Below are positions 28,001-48,156 of a stretch of 64,000 nt of DNA, piece by piece. This stretch comes from Intoshia linei (taxonomy: Eukaryota > Animalia > Orthonectida). Under the pieces are notes generated by a model. That model saw nothing but the letters and a program-made list of their open reading frames with translations. It was not told the DNA's origin and searched no databases. The position numbers and the translations under genes are program-made. Location of the stretch: the NCBI GenBank assembly GCA_001642005.1, contig LWCA01000055.1, positions 1 to 64,000 on the forward strand. The letters are read 5' to 3'. Position 1 is the stretch's first letter. Each line of letters opens with the position of its first letter.

Positions 28001-31000
28001 GAGTGACTATTATTAAGAGATTAAAATTATTTTTCAATTAAAAATAATCTTGTTGCGATTTTTTATTATAAAGTATTATAATCAAAATATTTTACCTTTT
28101 TTTTCTTGGACAGATTACAGTGCCAATATAATTTAATTGAAATATAATATTAGATTAATTAATATCTAATCATTATTTATTATTAATCTCGCCTTATAAC
28201 TACTGCAGCACATACATACTTTACGCTATTGAATATTTGATTTACGTTTATTGTTTTTATATCAATATCAATTTCAATTCAATTTTATTGCAATTTTTTA
28301 AAATACTAAAAATGACCACAAGAATTGGAGATATTTTGGTTGGTCCATATGTCGGTTTCATTTTTAATGAACAGAAGCTACCTACTAGTAAAAATGTTCT
28401 TTGTAGAATATTGTCAAAAAAGAATCAAAACATAATATTGCCATTTCGTGGTATTGCAAGAGAGATTTTAGATATATATTGTAAAACTGGATTAAATTTA
28501 ATAGGCATTGAACCTATTTATGTTAAATTAAAATATTTATTTCAAAATTACAAAAATGCATTAAGAAATCCTAATTTTTATGTATCAAACAATTTTAAGC
28601 ATGACTTAAATGCTTTATGTGAGGTTGCCAAATTCGAGCAAAGCAAGACACTTAGTGAAGATATAGATTTTTTCGAGAAGCAAAAAATCGGAACAGGATA
28701 TATGGCCAGGGAACAAAATGATACTCCACATAAAAAAGAAATATTGGGTACCAGTAAAAGTGAAAAAAACTATTATATTAAAAAGAAAAATTCGTATGGC
28801 CCGTCAATGTGGATCTTATGGTAGTCCATCATTTAATTATGATATGTCAACTGAAGAAAATATATTTAAAGAGAAAGACGATTTTAAAATTAATATGTAA
28901 CGCGTATGTAACTCTAAGTCAATTTTAACACGAGGGGCAGCTATATTAATGGTAAATTATTAACACTAATGTAAATTAAGGTTTGGCAACCTTTTTCATT
29001 TTGTGGATGACTTTTATCAAACTTTACACATGATAAATTTTATAAAAATTTTATTATAATACAAACAAATAAATGTTTGGCGTAGGTAATATCAAATCAT
29101 GATTAATTTTGATAAATTTATTATTCACGTTAATTAATGTAACAATGCATTCTAATCAAAATTTTAATCCCATTTTTTATGACGGTTATATATTGATTGA
29201 TAAAAATTTAAAAATAAATCATTTACTCAAAGGGCCACCAAAATTAATATGTGGACCACTGGTTGCCGACTTCAAATACAAATAATGTATATATTAAATT
29301 TATGTTAATTAAATAACATGTATTATTATTAAAGTATATATTAATTTAGGGTACATCTCATAAAACCAATAGAAGGAACAGAATGTTGGTTAGAATGAAA
29401 GACATGAAAACTATTCGGAGTTTAGTTAACAAAATTGTCAAATTTGTTATATATTTTGATAGCAAAAAATTTGGAACCGACGAAAAAATTGCAGTGGTGG
29501 CAATTGACACCGAAGCAGCCAAAGAAATTGTTTACAATTGAATTATAATTGAACATTGAAAAAATACACACGTTTAGTGCTAATTGCCCTTGATTCTTTG
29601 ATGGGTGTGACACCCTAATATACATTGTACATTATGTATATTATACAATTTATATTAGGCATTTTATATATACACTTTTTGTAATACATTGTATATTTAT
29701 TTTTTTAAACGGTGATTAAAAACATACAGTGAAGCTACTATTCGCCAAAATCGGAAAGTCAACATTATTTGGTAAATAAAATAACGTATTTTCTTGGAAC
29801 CTGCTGACAATGTAGTATATATCATTATTGTTAATACTGAATCCAGTATTTATCTACACTTTCCAGTTCTCTAGTTATCCATATATTTAAGGCTTTTCTA
29901 TATAACATTTTTGGTCTCATTTTGCAAAAGAGTAGGCGATTTTTTTCACGTTAGCCAATCCCTCTTAATCGTCGTGTCACTAATTATAATTATTCATCAG
30001 TTATTTATATTTTCTTTATGTAATTTTTTTAGTGTCTACAAGGACAGTAAAACGGATGATATGATTATAAGTTCCATTGTGTACAAATTTAATTTTAAGG
30101 TATTTCCTTATTTATATAAATTAACTAGCTTTACTGTTATGTACTTCGTAAAAACAGCAGATAGATTTGCCAACGGTCGACTTTTTAATTGATTATATAC
30201 AGTGTGTACCATTTAAAACAGTGCACTTAAAAATAAGAAGTTTATTAAAAAACATTTTGACTGTAATAATTAAATTTGCTCATTTATAAAATTATTTGGA
30301 TATTTATCTAAAGTATTTAGGAAAAAGTTAGAAACTTAAAATTATTTAATTTACAATAAATGTTCAAAATGACCACCATCAGATTGGATACATAAATCAA
30401 TGCGTTTAAGGAAATTGTTGTAAACATTAGATAATTTTAGAGTGCTAATTGAGTTAATACTGTTAATGATATTGTTTTTTACGGATTCCATATTTGAAAG
30501 GGAATTTTTATAAATTTTAGATTTTATTGTTCCCCACAAATAAAAATCACATGGCGTTAAATCAGGAGACCTTGGTGACCATATACTTTTTGATATTATT
30601 TTTTCGTTGAATTTTTGATTTAACCAATTCATGGATATAAATAAAGTATGGCATGTTTTAAACTCGATTAATAGCTAGACAAGAAATATTCTTTTACTCG
30701 TGGTTAACATTTCAAAAAATTAATATGAACTTGTTTTTATACAGTTGATTTGTTTTTTATTTCGTTAGTGCACTCATAATATGAAATGTTTTAACAAGTG
30801 CACTGTTCTGAATAGTACACGCTGTACAACGAGTGTATAATTGTAAGAACAATCCAATTGTTACAACCCTAAAAAATCATCATAGAAAACGTGAATTCCA
30901 GAAAAAATAAAAATTTAAATACATGTAGTACTTCTTTCTTCTATGATGAATTTCTGATAAAGCAATGTTTCCATTGAAATTTAATCCATTTAATAATAAT

Positions 31001-31207
31001 TGATTAAAGCTCAAAATTAAACTAAAAATTAGATTTTATAACACGTTTTGAGTCATTATATTTATATTTTTACGTATTATAATATAATCAAATATATTTT
31101 AGATTGCTGGTGAATGGATAATACCACCAGAAGATTTGGAACATTTTATCTATATTATTGTAGATCCTGTATATCGAAAATGTTTGTTAATGCTCCAATT
31201 AAAATAA
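25008..31207 (+). CDS. CFAP300: Cilia- and flagella-associated protein 300 (C11orf70), dynein-arm assembly factor
   Basis: Exons 25008-25096, 25154-25235, 26250-26298, 26365-26522, 26804-26979, 30033-30099, 31103-31207 give an open frame with IPCNITNMDFFNRICNNEIVREGGEI, FIFLLLKHLVIGGKFCQYD and FIYIIVDP, matching C11orf70 motifs ([39 protein letters not shown]). Confidence 0.92.
25454..26162. mobile_element. hAT MITE containing a Helitron fragment, CFAP300 intron 2
   Basis: Starts CAGTG; 8-bp TSD ATGTAGAC on both sides; 25730-26090 matches the Helitron internal sequence. Confidence 0.75.
27093..29617 (+). mobile_element. hATm-like transposon with truncated transposase, CFAP300 intron 5
   Basis: TIRs TAGGGTGTCACA...GGGCAATTAGCACTAAA at both ends; degenerate TSD TCATACAT/ATATACAT; ORF 28237-28824 has LPTSKNVLCR..IAREILDIY, the same N-terminal pattern as the ORFs at 45749 and 50409. 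Confidence 0.8.
30200..30824 (-). mobile_element. Internally deleted rosa-type mariner, CFAP300 intron 6
   Basis: Both TIRs present with TA TSD; ORF 30351-30632 WSPRSPDLTPCDFYLWG...CIQSDGGHFEHLL is the transposase C-terminus. Confidence 0.88.
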
Positions 31208-31572
31208 AATAATTAATTAACTGTGTGCGACACCTTATACCAGCCATTCTTAATATTTACGACAGCGCGCACTAGTGTGCGCTGAGATATTTAAAGTAAA
31301 TCTTAATTTTATAGAAAAAAATGTGTGGGTCCAAATTGTCAAATGAGGCAATACTTCATAGAAGGTTATTGAAAAATTTGAAATCTGAAGATTCTCATCT
31401 TTAAAATATAGAATGAAAATTATTCTCTTACTAATTCAGATTTAACTAAGGTTGTTAAATAAAGAAAAACAACATTCAAAAATATTTGAAATAACCATAA
31501 CCGTATCTATAAATGCTCAATTAGCATCATTTGAAATATCATAATTAATATCACTGTCACTATCGCTGTTAT

Positions 31573-31807
31573 CAGATCCGTCTTAATCCACTTCGTGGCT
31601 CTGGGCTAAGAAAAGGGCCGGAGCCCCTTTAAAGTTTTGAGCGAAGCGATAAAAAAATTTTAGGGCCCCTTTTTAGAAGACAGGGCATACTGTTGGTTAG
31701 CGACTTATTAGAGTTTTATTTCATTGAGTATTAATAAAAGCATTAAAAGATATTATGTAGGTTTTTAGTCACTTATTTCTTTTACCCCATGCCTTAAAAC
31801 GGCCTTG
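31573..31807. mobile_element. hAT MITE
   Basis: CAGATCCGTCTTAA...TTAAAACGGCCTTG; TSD GCTGTTAT/GTTGTTAT. Confidence 0.65.
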
Positions 31808-32294
31808 GTTGTTATGCCTTTTGCAATAGTCGCTATTTTGAAGTTTCTATTAATATTGAACAACTTTGGGGAACAGTCCTTTAAAGGATCAGTTTTGGCA
31901 AATTATTAGCTTTCCTGTAGTTACAACCGTAGATCAGAACGGAACCACCTTGAAATGATTTGATAATTTTATTCTGATAGTATTATTACGACTCGTAATC
32001 CTACGTAATTTACGACGGTAGTATAACTAAAAATACAAAATTCAAAACTATAAATATTTAATTATCGCTCACATAGCAAAATAATGAAAACCAAATAAGT
32101 TTCTATTAATATGGTAATTTTATATACAGTATGTAATATGTGTAGTTATTATAATATATTTATGACAGCCGAATTTAATTTATTTTTATACAACCTTCAG
32201 AATCTTACCTCAAAATTTTTACAATTTTGAATTTAAATGTTAATACGTGGTACTAGATATGAACAGACCTAACATTATTATATGAATTATTTAG

Positions 32295-33649
32295 AAATAC
32301 AATATTAGTGATATCGAAGAATTTGAATCACTAGAAAAGCACCTGTCTCTATTACTCGACAAATCTAATGATGTCGAACGAGAATTTAATGAATATCTTC
32401 TATCATCAAAGGTTATCAAATTTAAATTATGTTATCACTGTTATGCTATTTGATAACATGGTTTATTAAAAGTGTTGGCAGCAGTAGTGATTCTGCCTCA
32501 TATTTAATGTTAGCATAATTCAATACCCATAAATAATTTGTAATAATTATTAAACCTAGCACGATGAAAACTTGAAAAAATTATCCGGTCGTTTACTTCT
32601 GTACAATATCAATTTATTAAATCTTTGTTATCAAAGATTTTCTGGTTTGTCAATATTTGGAACAGAATACGTTCAAAATACTGTTTCTAGTCGAATTGTA
32701 AGTTTTTAAAAATTTTGTTTATTTTCATAATTTAATTTAGAATTTGGAAAAAAATATGAATCAAATTGATTTAAAATGTGAAGCAAAAAATTCAAATAGT
32801 AAAAATTAAATTAATTTTTTATTACAATTACAATGTACTTTGTTGTCGATAGCTTTTATAATATTACTTTTTTCAAATTATAATTTCATCATTTAGAAAC
32901 ATTTGAAAATGAACAAACAAATTCAAAGCCAGATATTTCGGACCTTAGCGATGAGGAGGTTTATTTAATTTACATTTTAATAATTAGTTTAATATAATTA
33001 TATGAACATAGGAAACAACGGACAAGTTCAGGCCTTCCAAAATTGCTCCTGTTCATTTTGGTAATTTATTCTCTTAATTCAACTTATTTCACAATTTTTC
33101 TTTTTTCTAATAAAATTTCTCAACATTTAATCATTGTTAAATGAACTTAGTTAATTTTTCTTACAATTTGTTAATAGAATTGATTTGAAAAAAATATTTT
33201 CTTTTATAGAAAATTTTATGTATTTATTTTTTAGATGAACTTACATTTGCTGAAAAGCGAGAAAAAAACAAGAACAAGATTAAAAAAAGGAAAATGGATG
33301 AAAATCTCATAGCTCAATTGAAGGATGAATATGGAGATGAACCAGAAGAACAATCATCTGTAATAAATTTTTATTTTAAATAAATCAATATTTTTTGATT
33401 TTAGAATATATTTGGTGTTGAAAAGAACGATAAAGAAGATAAAGAGTAAATTCTTAATAAATTTTTAGTTTAAAAAAAAAATTTATAGATATCGTGAAGA
33501 AAACTACAAAGCCATAAATATTCGTAAAACCAAAAAGGTTTCAGTATTATATAAATCTTTAATTTATATTTTAGGCACGCCGTCTTCAAGAAAGGAAAGG
33601 AGTGAGTTTTGACTGTAAATTAAATTTTTCAGATTCTGATGAAATGTAA
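32295..33649 (+). CDS. NGDN: Neuroguidin (Sas10/Utp3/C1D family, SSU processome); start codon unresolved
   Basis: Short-intron exons give GRLLLYNINLLNLCYQRFSG and KFRPSKIAPVHF|DELTFAEKREKNKNKIKKRKMDENLIAQLKDEYGDEPEE, matching NGDN KYVPPRLVPVHYDE...IRELKEQYSDAPEE; stop at 33647-33649. Some 5' junctions could not be resolved. Confidence 0.8.
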
Positions 33650-34319
33650 TATAATAACATTATAAAACTTGTCATGTTTGATATTAAAATTTTATTTATT
33701 TTTTATATTACCTGTCAACTTTCTTGGCTCATAGAAACTTTTTTTGGCCAAGTAAAGAGACGAAAAACATTAAACATTGTATTTATTAAAATGTAATACA
33801 ATTGTGACGATATTAGATATCAACTTTTTGAATTTAATAACATAACCTGTTTAAAATTATTTTTATTTGGCGCCATTTGTCTAGTTCTGTTTTTTCAATT
33901 TATATTATTGTGTTATGATTGTATATAAATAAATCACTTAATATTTTTACTAACGTTAGTAATTATTGAGATATACATCAATTAATTTTAGAACTATTTA
34001 TTATTATCTCGTTACCTTATTAACATAATCATTTTTTTACCGCAATTTTATAAATTTAGTATTTCAGGTAATATTTTTATTGATTACATATATTTGCATG
34101 TTTTTCAGCATTCACCAAGTAATTTTTGTTAAACAAATCAAAACAACAATGATTAATTCCATAAATCTTTAACAAAGTATCCATCAAAGAATTTGGAACT
34201 TGCAATGGTGACTGCCACAACGGATTTTCTTTTCAAAAAAGGTATATTTTTTTGTATTTAAAAATAAACATTTTATATAATAAATTTATTTAAAATTTTA
34301 ATGTCTTGATATTAAAAAT

Positions 34320-37300
34320 TTAAATGTTAGCTTTGTTAATTGCATGAGTTAAAAAAGATAAATTAGAGATGGTCGATGATAATGAATTTCGATTATCTAC
34401 TGAATCATCACTCATGGATTTAACTTCCAAATCATTATGACGAATCGTTTTTTTATTAATATCCTCAATGTTACGAATTGGTATGGTGGATTTACGACGA
34501 TTTACATTCCTAGTTGTAGTAGTCAGTGTTGATGGTGTTAAATTTTTAGTATTTTGTGTCGTATTAGGATTAAATTGAATGCTGAATTGTACATCTTTAT
34601 AAACGTTTGTTTTTGTTGTATGAGTTAATGGACTTATACTCACTGGTCTTGAGTGGATTTTTGGGTTTGGGTTGTTACTGTGCCGGTTTCTGCTACGCCG
34701 AGATGTAAATGTTTGTTTGCACCCATTCACAAAGCATAAATGTTGTTCCTTTACTACACGTATAATATATTATATCTATATTAAAATATGAATGAATACT
34801 CCACATATATTTACAACCACCAGTCATCTGTATATCCAGAGACTGATCGGAGATCATGAAAAAATAATTTAGTTAGTCTTAAGGGAACAATGATAAAGTG
34901 TGTTCAACGTATAAATGACCCTCCCATATATTTATTTAATGTGAGGCTTCCGAAGAAGAATATCGGTCCGGTAGGTTCGGCATGCATACAATATTCAAAA
35001 AATGTTTTGCCCGTCCGTAACCGTAGAACTATACAATATACCTTCGAAACATCTTTTAAATTTTTATTCTATTTTCCCTTTTTGTAAAATTATGATTGCC
35101 ACTGGCCCGAAATAATTACATGAAAAAATTATAAACCTAATGATTAAATTCATATTTTAAATATATTACTAAATAAAATTACAATGAACAGCACTATGAT
35201 GGATTTTCAAAGCACCTCTATCGCAAAACGTTTTATTGCATATTTCACAAAAAGCACGTTTTTTTCCAATTTTGCTAGTCTTAGTTTTAAGCTTTTGCTT
35301 CGCATTGATTTTGTGAATGTCTTGTATAGCTTTTTGAAATTTTGGATAGCGTAGATTTTTAAAGGTTTGTTTGTTACTACTCAAATTTATAGGAGTAGAA
35401 TTCATATCGCAACCTAAAAATTCATTAAATTGTTAAAATATAAATACAGGTAGAGCTAGATTACTAAGGTTAATCTACATGTTCAACTATCCTACTTTTG
35501 AGAAAAATAAATTACAATATGATAATTATAAAGTACTAGCTTGGCTGTTTTGTACTACGTACAAACAGCTGCTTACTGAATGTAGTTATTCTTTTTACCA
35601 TTTTATGTTAAATTTGTAACAATTATCAATAAAAAAAATAACGTTTCAGTTAGTATAAATTTAATTTTATATTTTATATTACGTTGCTGTAGTGTCATAA
35701 ATTAATTAAAGTTACAAAATTTTTTGAAAATGCAAAATCATTCCGAAGGAATGAATTATATAGATTTTCACTTATAGGTCTTTACTGGAAATGTGTAGAC
35801 GTAGTAGACGAGTAGACGTAAAATCCACTTTTTTTTTTTGAAATTGTAGGATCAATATTTACATTTTCAATTTTTTATTTTTATCGAAATATTTGAAAAA
35901 TATTGGTTGATAATATATTAAAAATTATTTTTCACCGGGAATGCGTGGATTTCTGGGGTTGAAATTTTTGTATTTATATCAACTGGAATGAGCTCTATGA
36001 GAATAATCCTTTTTTTAATTTTCGGACTGTTAATTATCTGACATTTATTGTTTTAATAAAATGATTCGAAAAAAAAATATATGAATACTAAAATGCTTTT
36101 TTGACCGTGAAGTCGTCACTTATCAGATTTAAATTTTTTGTTATTAACATGATACAACTGTACCACCTGTAATTTTTTTTAAATTCTACGGCTGTTTTCA
36201 TAAAAAAAAGGGTAATTTGGGGTTTTGGTCTTGAAGATATAATTTTTTTATATGTAAATTTATGATAATGTTTATGATTTGAAAATCTGTATCAGCGTAT
36301 ATATTTTTTAAATTCTCCAACTCATTTGATTTTCAAAAAAAAGGACAATTGTGGTTTTTGACCCTTAAGATGTGAAATTAGGAGGTTGAAATTTATGTTA
36401 TTATACGCCCCGAAAAAAACTGTAATTGAAATGTGGTCTTTAAAAAATTCTAAGAGTGCTAGTTATTTTAAAAAAGTAACACACACAGACAGACACACAA
36501 ACAAAAATCGCGTCGCATTTTATATAAGTTAGGATATCCAAAATTCTACTTATATTTGAAACATTTTCACATCTTGTCCAGTGCCTTATTGGCACATATC
36601 GAAAAAATTTTGATACAACAGGAACTGGCGAACTGTAAAGAAAATGGATTTTATTATCAGTATTAATCAATAAACAAATCTATTTATATAGTGAGACAGA
36701 GTCGAAACTACTGTAGGAATAAACCGTAGTATTACCAACTATACATGTATAGCAAAAGTCAGTATATTCACCATTATATGTTATTATAACTCTGATATAT
36801 GAGAACATAGCTTAATAATAAGAGTACTTTTAAAAATGTAATTCAGTTCAGTGTGACGGTACCAAAATTTGATAGTTTAATCTCTTTGAAAAGCTTGATT
36901 ATCAAAAAATTTACTATACTTACATGTATCTTTTAATTGAAATTTAATTACTTTTTGTAGAAATGGACGATATATTTCCTATAGAAACGGTAGAATTGCT
37001 TCTCGTAGACATGTTTGATTTGTTTTGATTTTCAGAGTTAACAGAATAGGTATTGGTGCTATGTTTTGATAAATCTTCTGGTTTCATATCATTATTATAT
37101 GAATCAAATTTAGTATTTTTATTATTTTGAGTAGCTATGCTTGAAAAGGTATCTATGATACTTTTTTTAATTTCGAGTGGATGCATGCAGTCATTGTTTG
37201 TATTAGTAATTTTGTTCATTGATTGTTGTGTATCTTCACATATATACTGAAGAGCCAACTGTTTTGTTAAATTAAATGTTATAAATTTTTGTATCAAAAT

Positions 37301-38047
37301 TGACTCTTCTTCCCTCTTGATTATACTAAATTGTTTCATTTTATTTCCAGGTGTAAACTAAAAATTTTACATTAAATGTTGCCGAGTGTTGTAATATGTA
37401 AAATCAGTGTTGGTTAAGCAACGCCAATTATTTCAGGGCATGTACAATAATTCTACTAGAATTAAGCGTATTTAAAAAAAATAAGTGGTTTAAATTATAG
37501 CTATAAAATTGTTATTGGGAATCTCTACTCTTTATGATTTATAAAAATTTTGAAATAGTTAATTAATTTTAATAATTACTATGGTTTTATATCCCCTTTC
37601 ATATTCAGCAATTGTCCACCCCAAATTAAACAAAACTGTATTAATTTCCTTTGTGTCAATTTGAGATAGCAAAATATCAAACAAAATTTTAATACGGATC
37701 GGTATCGATGAGTATCCAAATAAAAACAAACTGGCAATTTGAAATATGTCAGTTAAAGTTATGTTTTGATCCGAAATGTTGCATTCGCCTAAGATTGATT
37801 GATTAGGTAGCAATGAAATTCCATGCCAAAACCAGGTGTGACCACAGTAGCATAATTTTGCATCTCCAGACTTTTCAAATTGTGCGCATTTACATTTTGA
37901 AGCTGAACATTTTACTTTCTAAATAGTGTATTACACCGCGTAATTTACACGTATGATACGTATATATATGTATATATAATAAATAAAATTATTGCATTTT
38001 TACATTTCGGCAATTAAAACTTACATATTTATTTTGTGACTTAGCTC
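34320..38047 (-). CDS. BNC2: Basonuclin/disconnected-family C2H2 zinc-finger protein
   Basis: Exons 38047-38025, 37918-37580, 37357-36952, 35413-35183, 34753-34320. The N-terminal BNC domain (C..C.C..F..., IPIRIKILFD, LGWTIAEYERGY, REEE) and the finger pair [56 protein letters not shown] are diagnostic. Possible start exon ATGTATCCAG at 39794-39785. Confidence 0.92.
35536..36534 (-). mobile_element. Non-autonomous Helitron in basonuclin intron
   Basis: A|TC 5' end at 36534, TG/TCTG microsatellite, 3' hairpin then CTAG|T at 35536. Confidence 0.85.
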
Positions 38048-38171
38048 CTGAATATTATAAAGCGTCAATGAAATCTAATAGTTATTATATTTTGATGGTT
38101 GAACATATATAATTTATACGTCGACAATATATACGATAACATATATAATATGTCGGATTATTCATCTAGAT

Positions 38172-38789
38172 CAGTGGTTCCCAAATTTTTTACTGTTGCA
38201 GTGCACTCAATAGGTAAAAATTTTTCTTAACACTTCAAATCTAATTTATCAAATCAATAAATGAAATTTAATTTAACTGAGTTTTATGAAATAGTCACCC
38301 ATAACAATGTGGACTCAAATGTTTAGAAATTAATAAAATGACTACAAAACGTTTAATGATTTTTTTGTCTTATACAAACAAAATTTGAAAATTATAAATT
38401 AAGTAAATTAAATAAAATAATACACAAACTTAAATTATGGCACAAATATATATAACTTTAATGTAAAATTTGGGATTCATTCATGATATATGAAATGTAT
38501 ACATTGAAATGAATCATCCTGGATATTTTTTATTAGCTTATAAAAGTTTTATTAAATTTTTGAATTATAGTTAAAAATTTCGTAACGCACCTAATTTTGT
38601 CTTGCGGCGCACAAGTGCGCCGCATAAAATGTATTCTTGAATTATTAATATAATTTTATATATTTATCATTTTTCATCTTTGCACATTTTCGAATATCGA
38701 TGTTTTTTGGTTATCAAAATTTAAGGTTGACCCAAATTTTTATTTATATCACAGGTGCACCCTGAAGTAAAAAAGCTTAAGAAACACTG
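38172..38789. mobile_element. hAT MITE
   Basis: CAGTGGTTCCCAA...AAACACTG; perfect 8-bp TSD ATCTAGAT. Confidence 0.85.
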
Positions 38790-38895
38790 ATCTAGATTAT
38801 ACTTGTAGATATTTTGCTCACGTTATAGCGAAATTGATGAATATCTCATTACAGTGCATTCCAATAATAAAATTACAAATTCCAACAATAATAAT

Positions 38896-39166
38896 AATTT
38901 ATAGTGCAATTTCAATAATATAATTACAAATTCGAACAACACATTTATAGATTCCAATCGTATAATTAATTAATTAATGTTTTCAAAATGTATTAGCCCA
39001 AATTTCATTTTACATTTGTATCTCAAAATTTTTCATCGTGGTGTTATAATAATATGATCATACAAAAATGTAAAAAAAAATTGTTGGAATCCATAATTAT
39101 ATTTTTGGAATCTATAATTGTGTTGTTCGAATTTGTAATTATATTATTGAAATTGCACTATAAATT
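38896..39166. repeat. Foldback inverted repeat
   Basis: ~60 bp arms AATTTATAGTGCAATTTCAATAATATAATTACAAATTCGAACAACAC...TTCCAA, nearly perfectly complementary to 39105-39166. Confidence 0.85.
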
Positions 39167-40300
39167 GAAATAAGAATTTAAAATCATGCAATAGAAATTT
39201 AAGAGTACTAAATGAATGACTAAAAACAATTTTAACAAACTTTAACTGAAAGCATACATTTTTGATTTTTATATTGGTTTCTGTATACGCAAACCATATC
39301 ATAATTGATAAATATAAACTGTTCTTTTTTTATTTTGACTAACAATAAGATGAGAAAATAAAATGTAAAATAAGAAACATTATCAAAAAAATAATTTATT
39401 TTAATATATGCAACTGTATATTAAAGTATATAACCAGTTTTTGAATAAATAAGTGTAAATTACCTGAATATTCATATGTAATGTCCAGTAAGAATCAACT
39501 TTTATATTTCAATTTCTTCATCTATAAATTAAAGTTTTGTATATTTTTGTAAACATGATACATTTCAAGAGAATTTTATTTAGAATGAATGCAAATGTCA
39601 ACAAATGTTGAATGTCACATTGATTTTATTTCGTAATTATCAAAATGTAATGATTTATTCATCATAACAATAAATTATTACCCGCCATTTAACCAACCCT
39701 GACCGTCTGATGTTACTGATTAATTAAACTTAAAATTTTTGTAAGTAAACTAGTAAAATGACACATTATCATAATTAAAAATACCTGGATACATTACAGT
39801 AGTTTTGATAAATTTAACAATATAAAAATTATAAATGAATATATAGATTGAAATAGGATGAGTAGGTTACATTAAAATGTTGATTTCTTGTCTGAGACTC
39901 TAACAATTTGTCATACTCCATTTTGTCAAAATGGTGATTCTAGCCAGAGGTTATCATATTACTTGGCTAAAATTTGCTAATGTTCATTAGACAAATTTTT
40001 TATTTATTAGCTTTAATGTTTTATAAAATGTATTTCATCTATATAAGATTTCAGTTTCACACTATTCAAAGAGGTAAATTACACATTTACAAGTAATGAT
40101 ATTTTTAATTTTTCAAATAACCATTAAATTTCATAGTTACTATAAAAGATTCTTCATTTTCATTAAAATTTTACATTATATTCATTATTGTAGTCAACAA
40201 TATTTTATAAACGACATAACAAACTAGACATGTGTTTATATTTATTAAAATTGACATTAAATAAATTAACAAAATCTGCTATCATATATAGTAATTTCTA

Positions 40301-47020
<6,720 letters not shown>

Positions 47021-47652
47021 GTTTTATTTTGTTGAAATTGTATCCTAGATAATCTAGGATATATAGTAAAGTTATATTTATTATTTAAATTGAATTAGAA
47101 TTATAAATGACGGATATTAAATTATTTGTGTCAGAAGTATTTGGAAACCAAATACAATTATATGTAATACAGGAGAACTAAACATTGATATAAAAGGTGG
47201 GATTAACCAATTTGAAAATTTTAGGGAAATTAATTTTGATGAGATTAAAGCCGTGTCTGTGCAAAAAATCGTAACTCCTTTAATTAGAACATTTAATATA
47301 TATGGTATAAATAAATTGTAAACCTTTCAAAAAAAACAATTCAACATCTTTAGATGTAAAATTTTTAAGCATGATGGATTGTATAACGATAAAACAATTT
47401 TTAGTTTTGCTTTTTTTAAATTTTTGAATTTAATTTAATTTGACTATAGCAACTGAACTTTATATTTTGTAGCAGTTTCGAAATGGTATCTGTTTTGACA
47501 TTTATTGTATTTGGTAGTAAAGCATCGCGGGCCATAATTTGGCCATCTCTGCTTTAAAATATATTTCTTTGTGATTATAATTATTTTTCTGTAACGATTG
47601 GCAGATAAGAACTCTGATAAGTTCATCTTAAATAAAAAGATGTCCAAATCTC

Positions 47653-47705
47653 GATTCGAACTTAGTCACGCAGAATACAATTATATGACTATAACCACTC
47701 TGCCA
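47653..47705 (-). other. tRNA-like Pol III promoter remnant (SINE head or tRNA pseudogene)
   Basis: A box TGGCAGAGTGG and B box GTTCGAATC ~33 bp apart; no convincing cloverleaf. Confidence 0.35.
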
Positions 47706-48156
47706 GTTAAACATCACCACTAAGTTATATCAAACGTATATATTCGAATCTCGATTAGTATGATAGCAATATATCACTACACTTTCTAATTTAATTTAAA
47801 ATTTTCATTATAAAAACATTATAAATTATTGCATTTGAGGAGACCCCTATTAAAAAAGTTTGAGAACAACATTGATAATACACATTTTCAAAGATATAAA
47901 TATATATTCAATCTATATGGTGCGGCGCAATTTTTTAGTTCATTTTTTAATGCGCAGCGAACATAAAAAGCCCCCTGCACCTTACCTAGATCTGTTACTG
48001 GGTTGAGATACGGCAGTAGCAGCCAAGAAATTTGAGATTGAATTGTCATACATTCTTACCTGAAACAAAAAAGAAACAGAAAATGTCATTGAATATTCGA
48101 CCCGAGAAAAAACCTGTATGATAAAACAGAATGAACATTTTATAAATATTACGACA

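Noticed and set aside
28237-28824. Intact or domesticated transposase
   Set aside because: Only the N-terminal part is present, followed by a frameshift; no catalytic core remains between the TIRs.
33700-34245. Possible small gene between NGDN and basonuclin
   Set aside because: Only short open stretches with no consistent splice chain or recognisable motif.
47640-47720. Functional tRNA gene
   Set aside because: A and B boxes are present but no acceptor stem or anticodon arm could be built; kept only as a low-confidence remnant.
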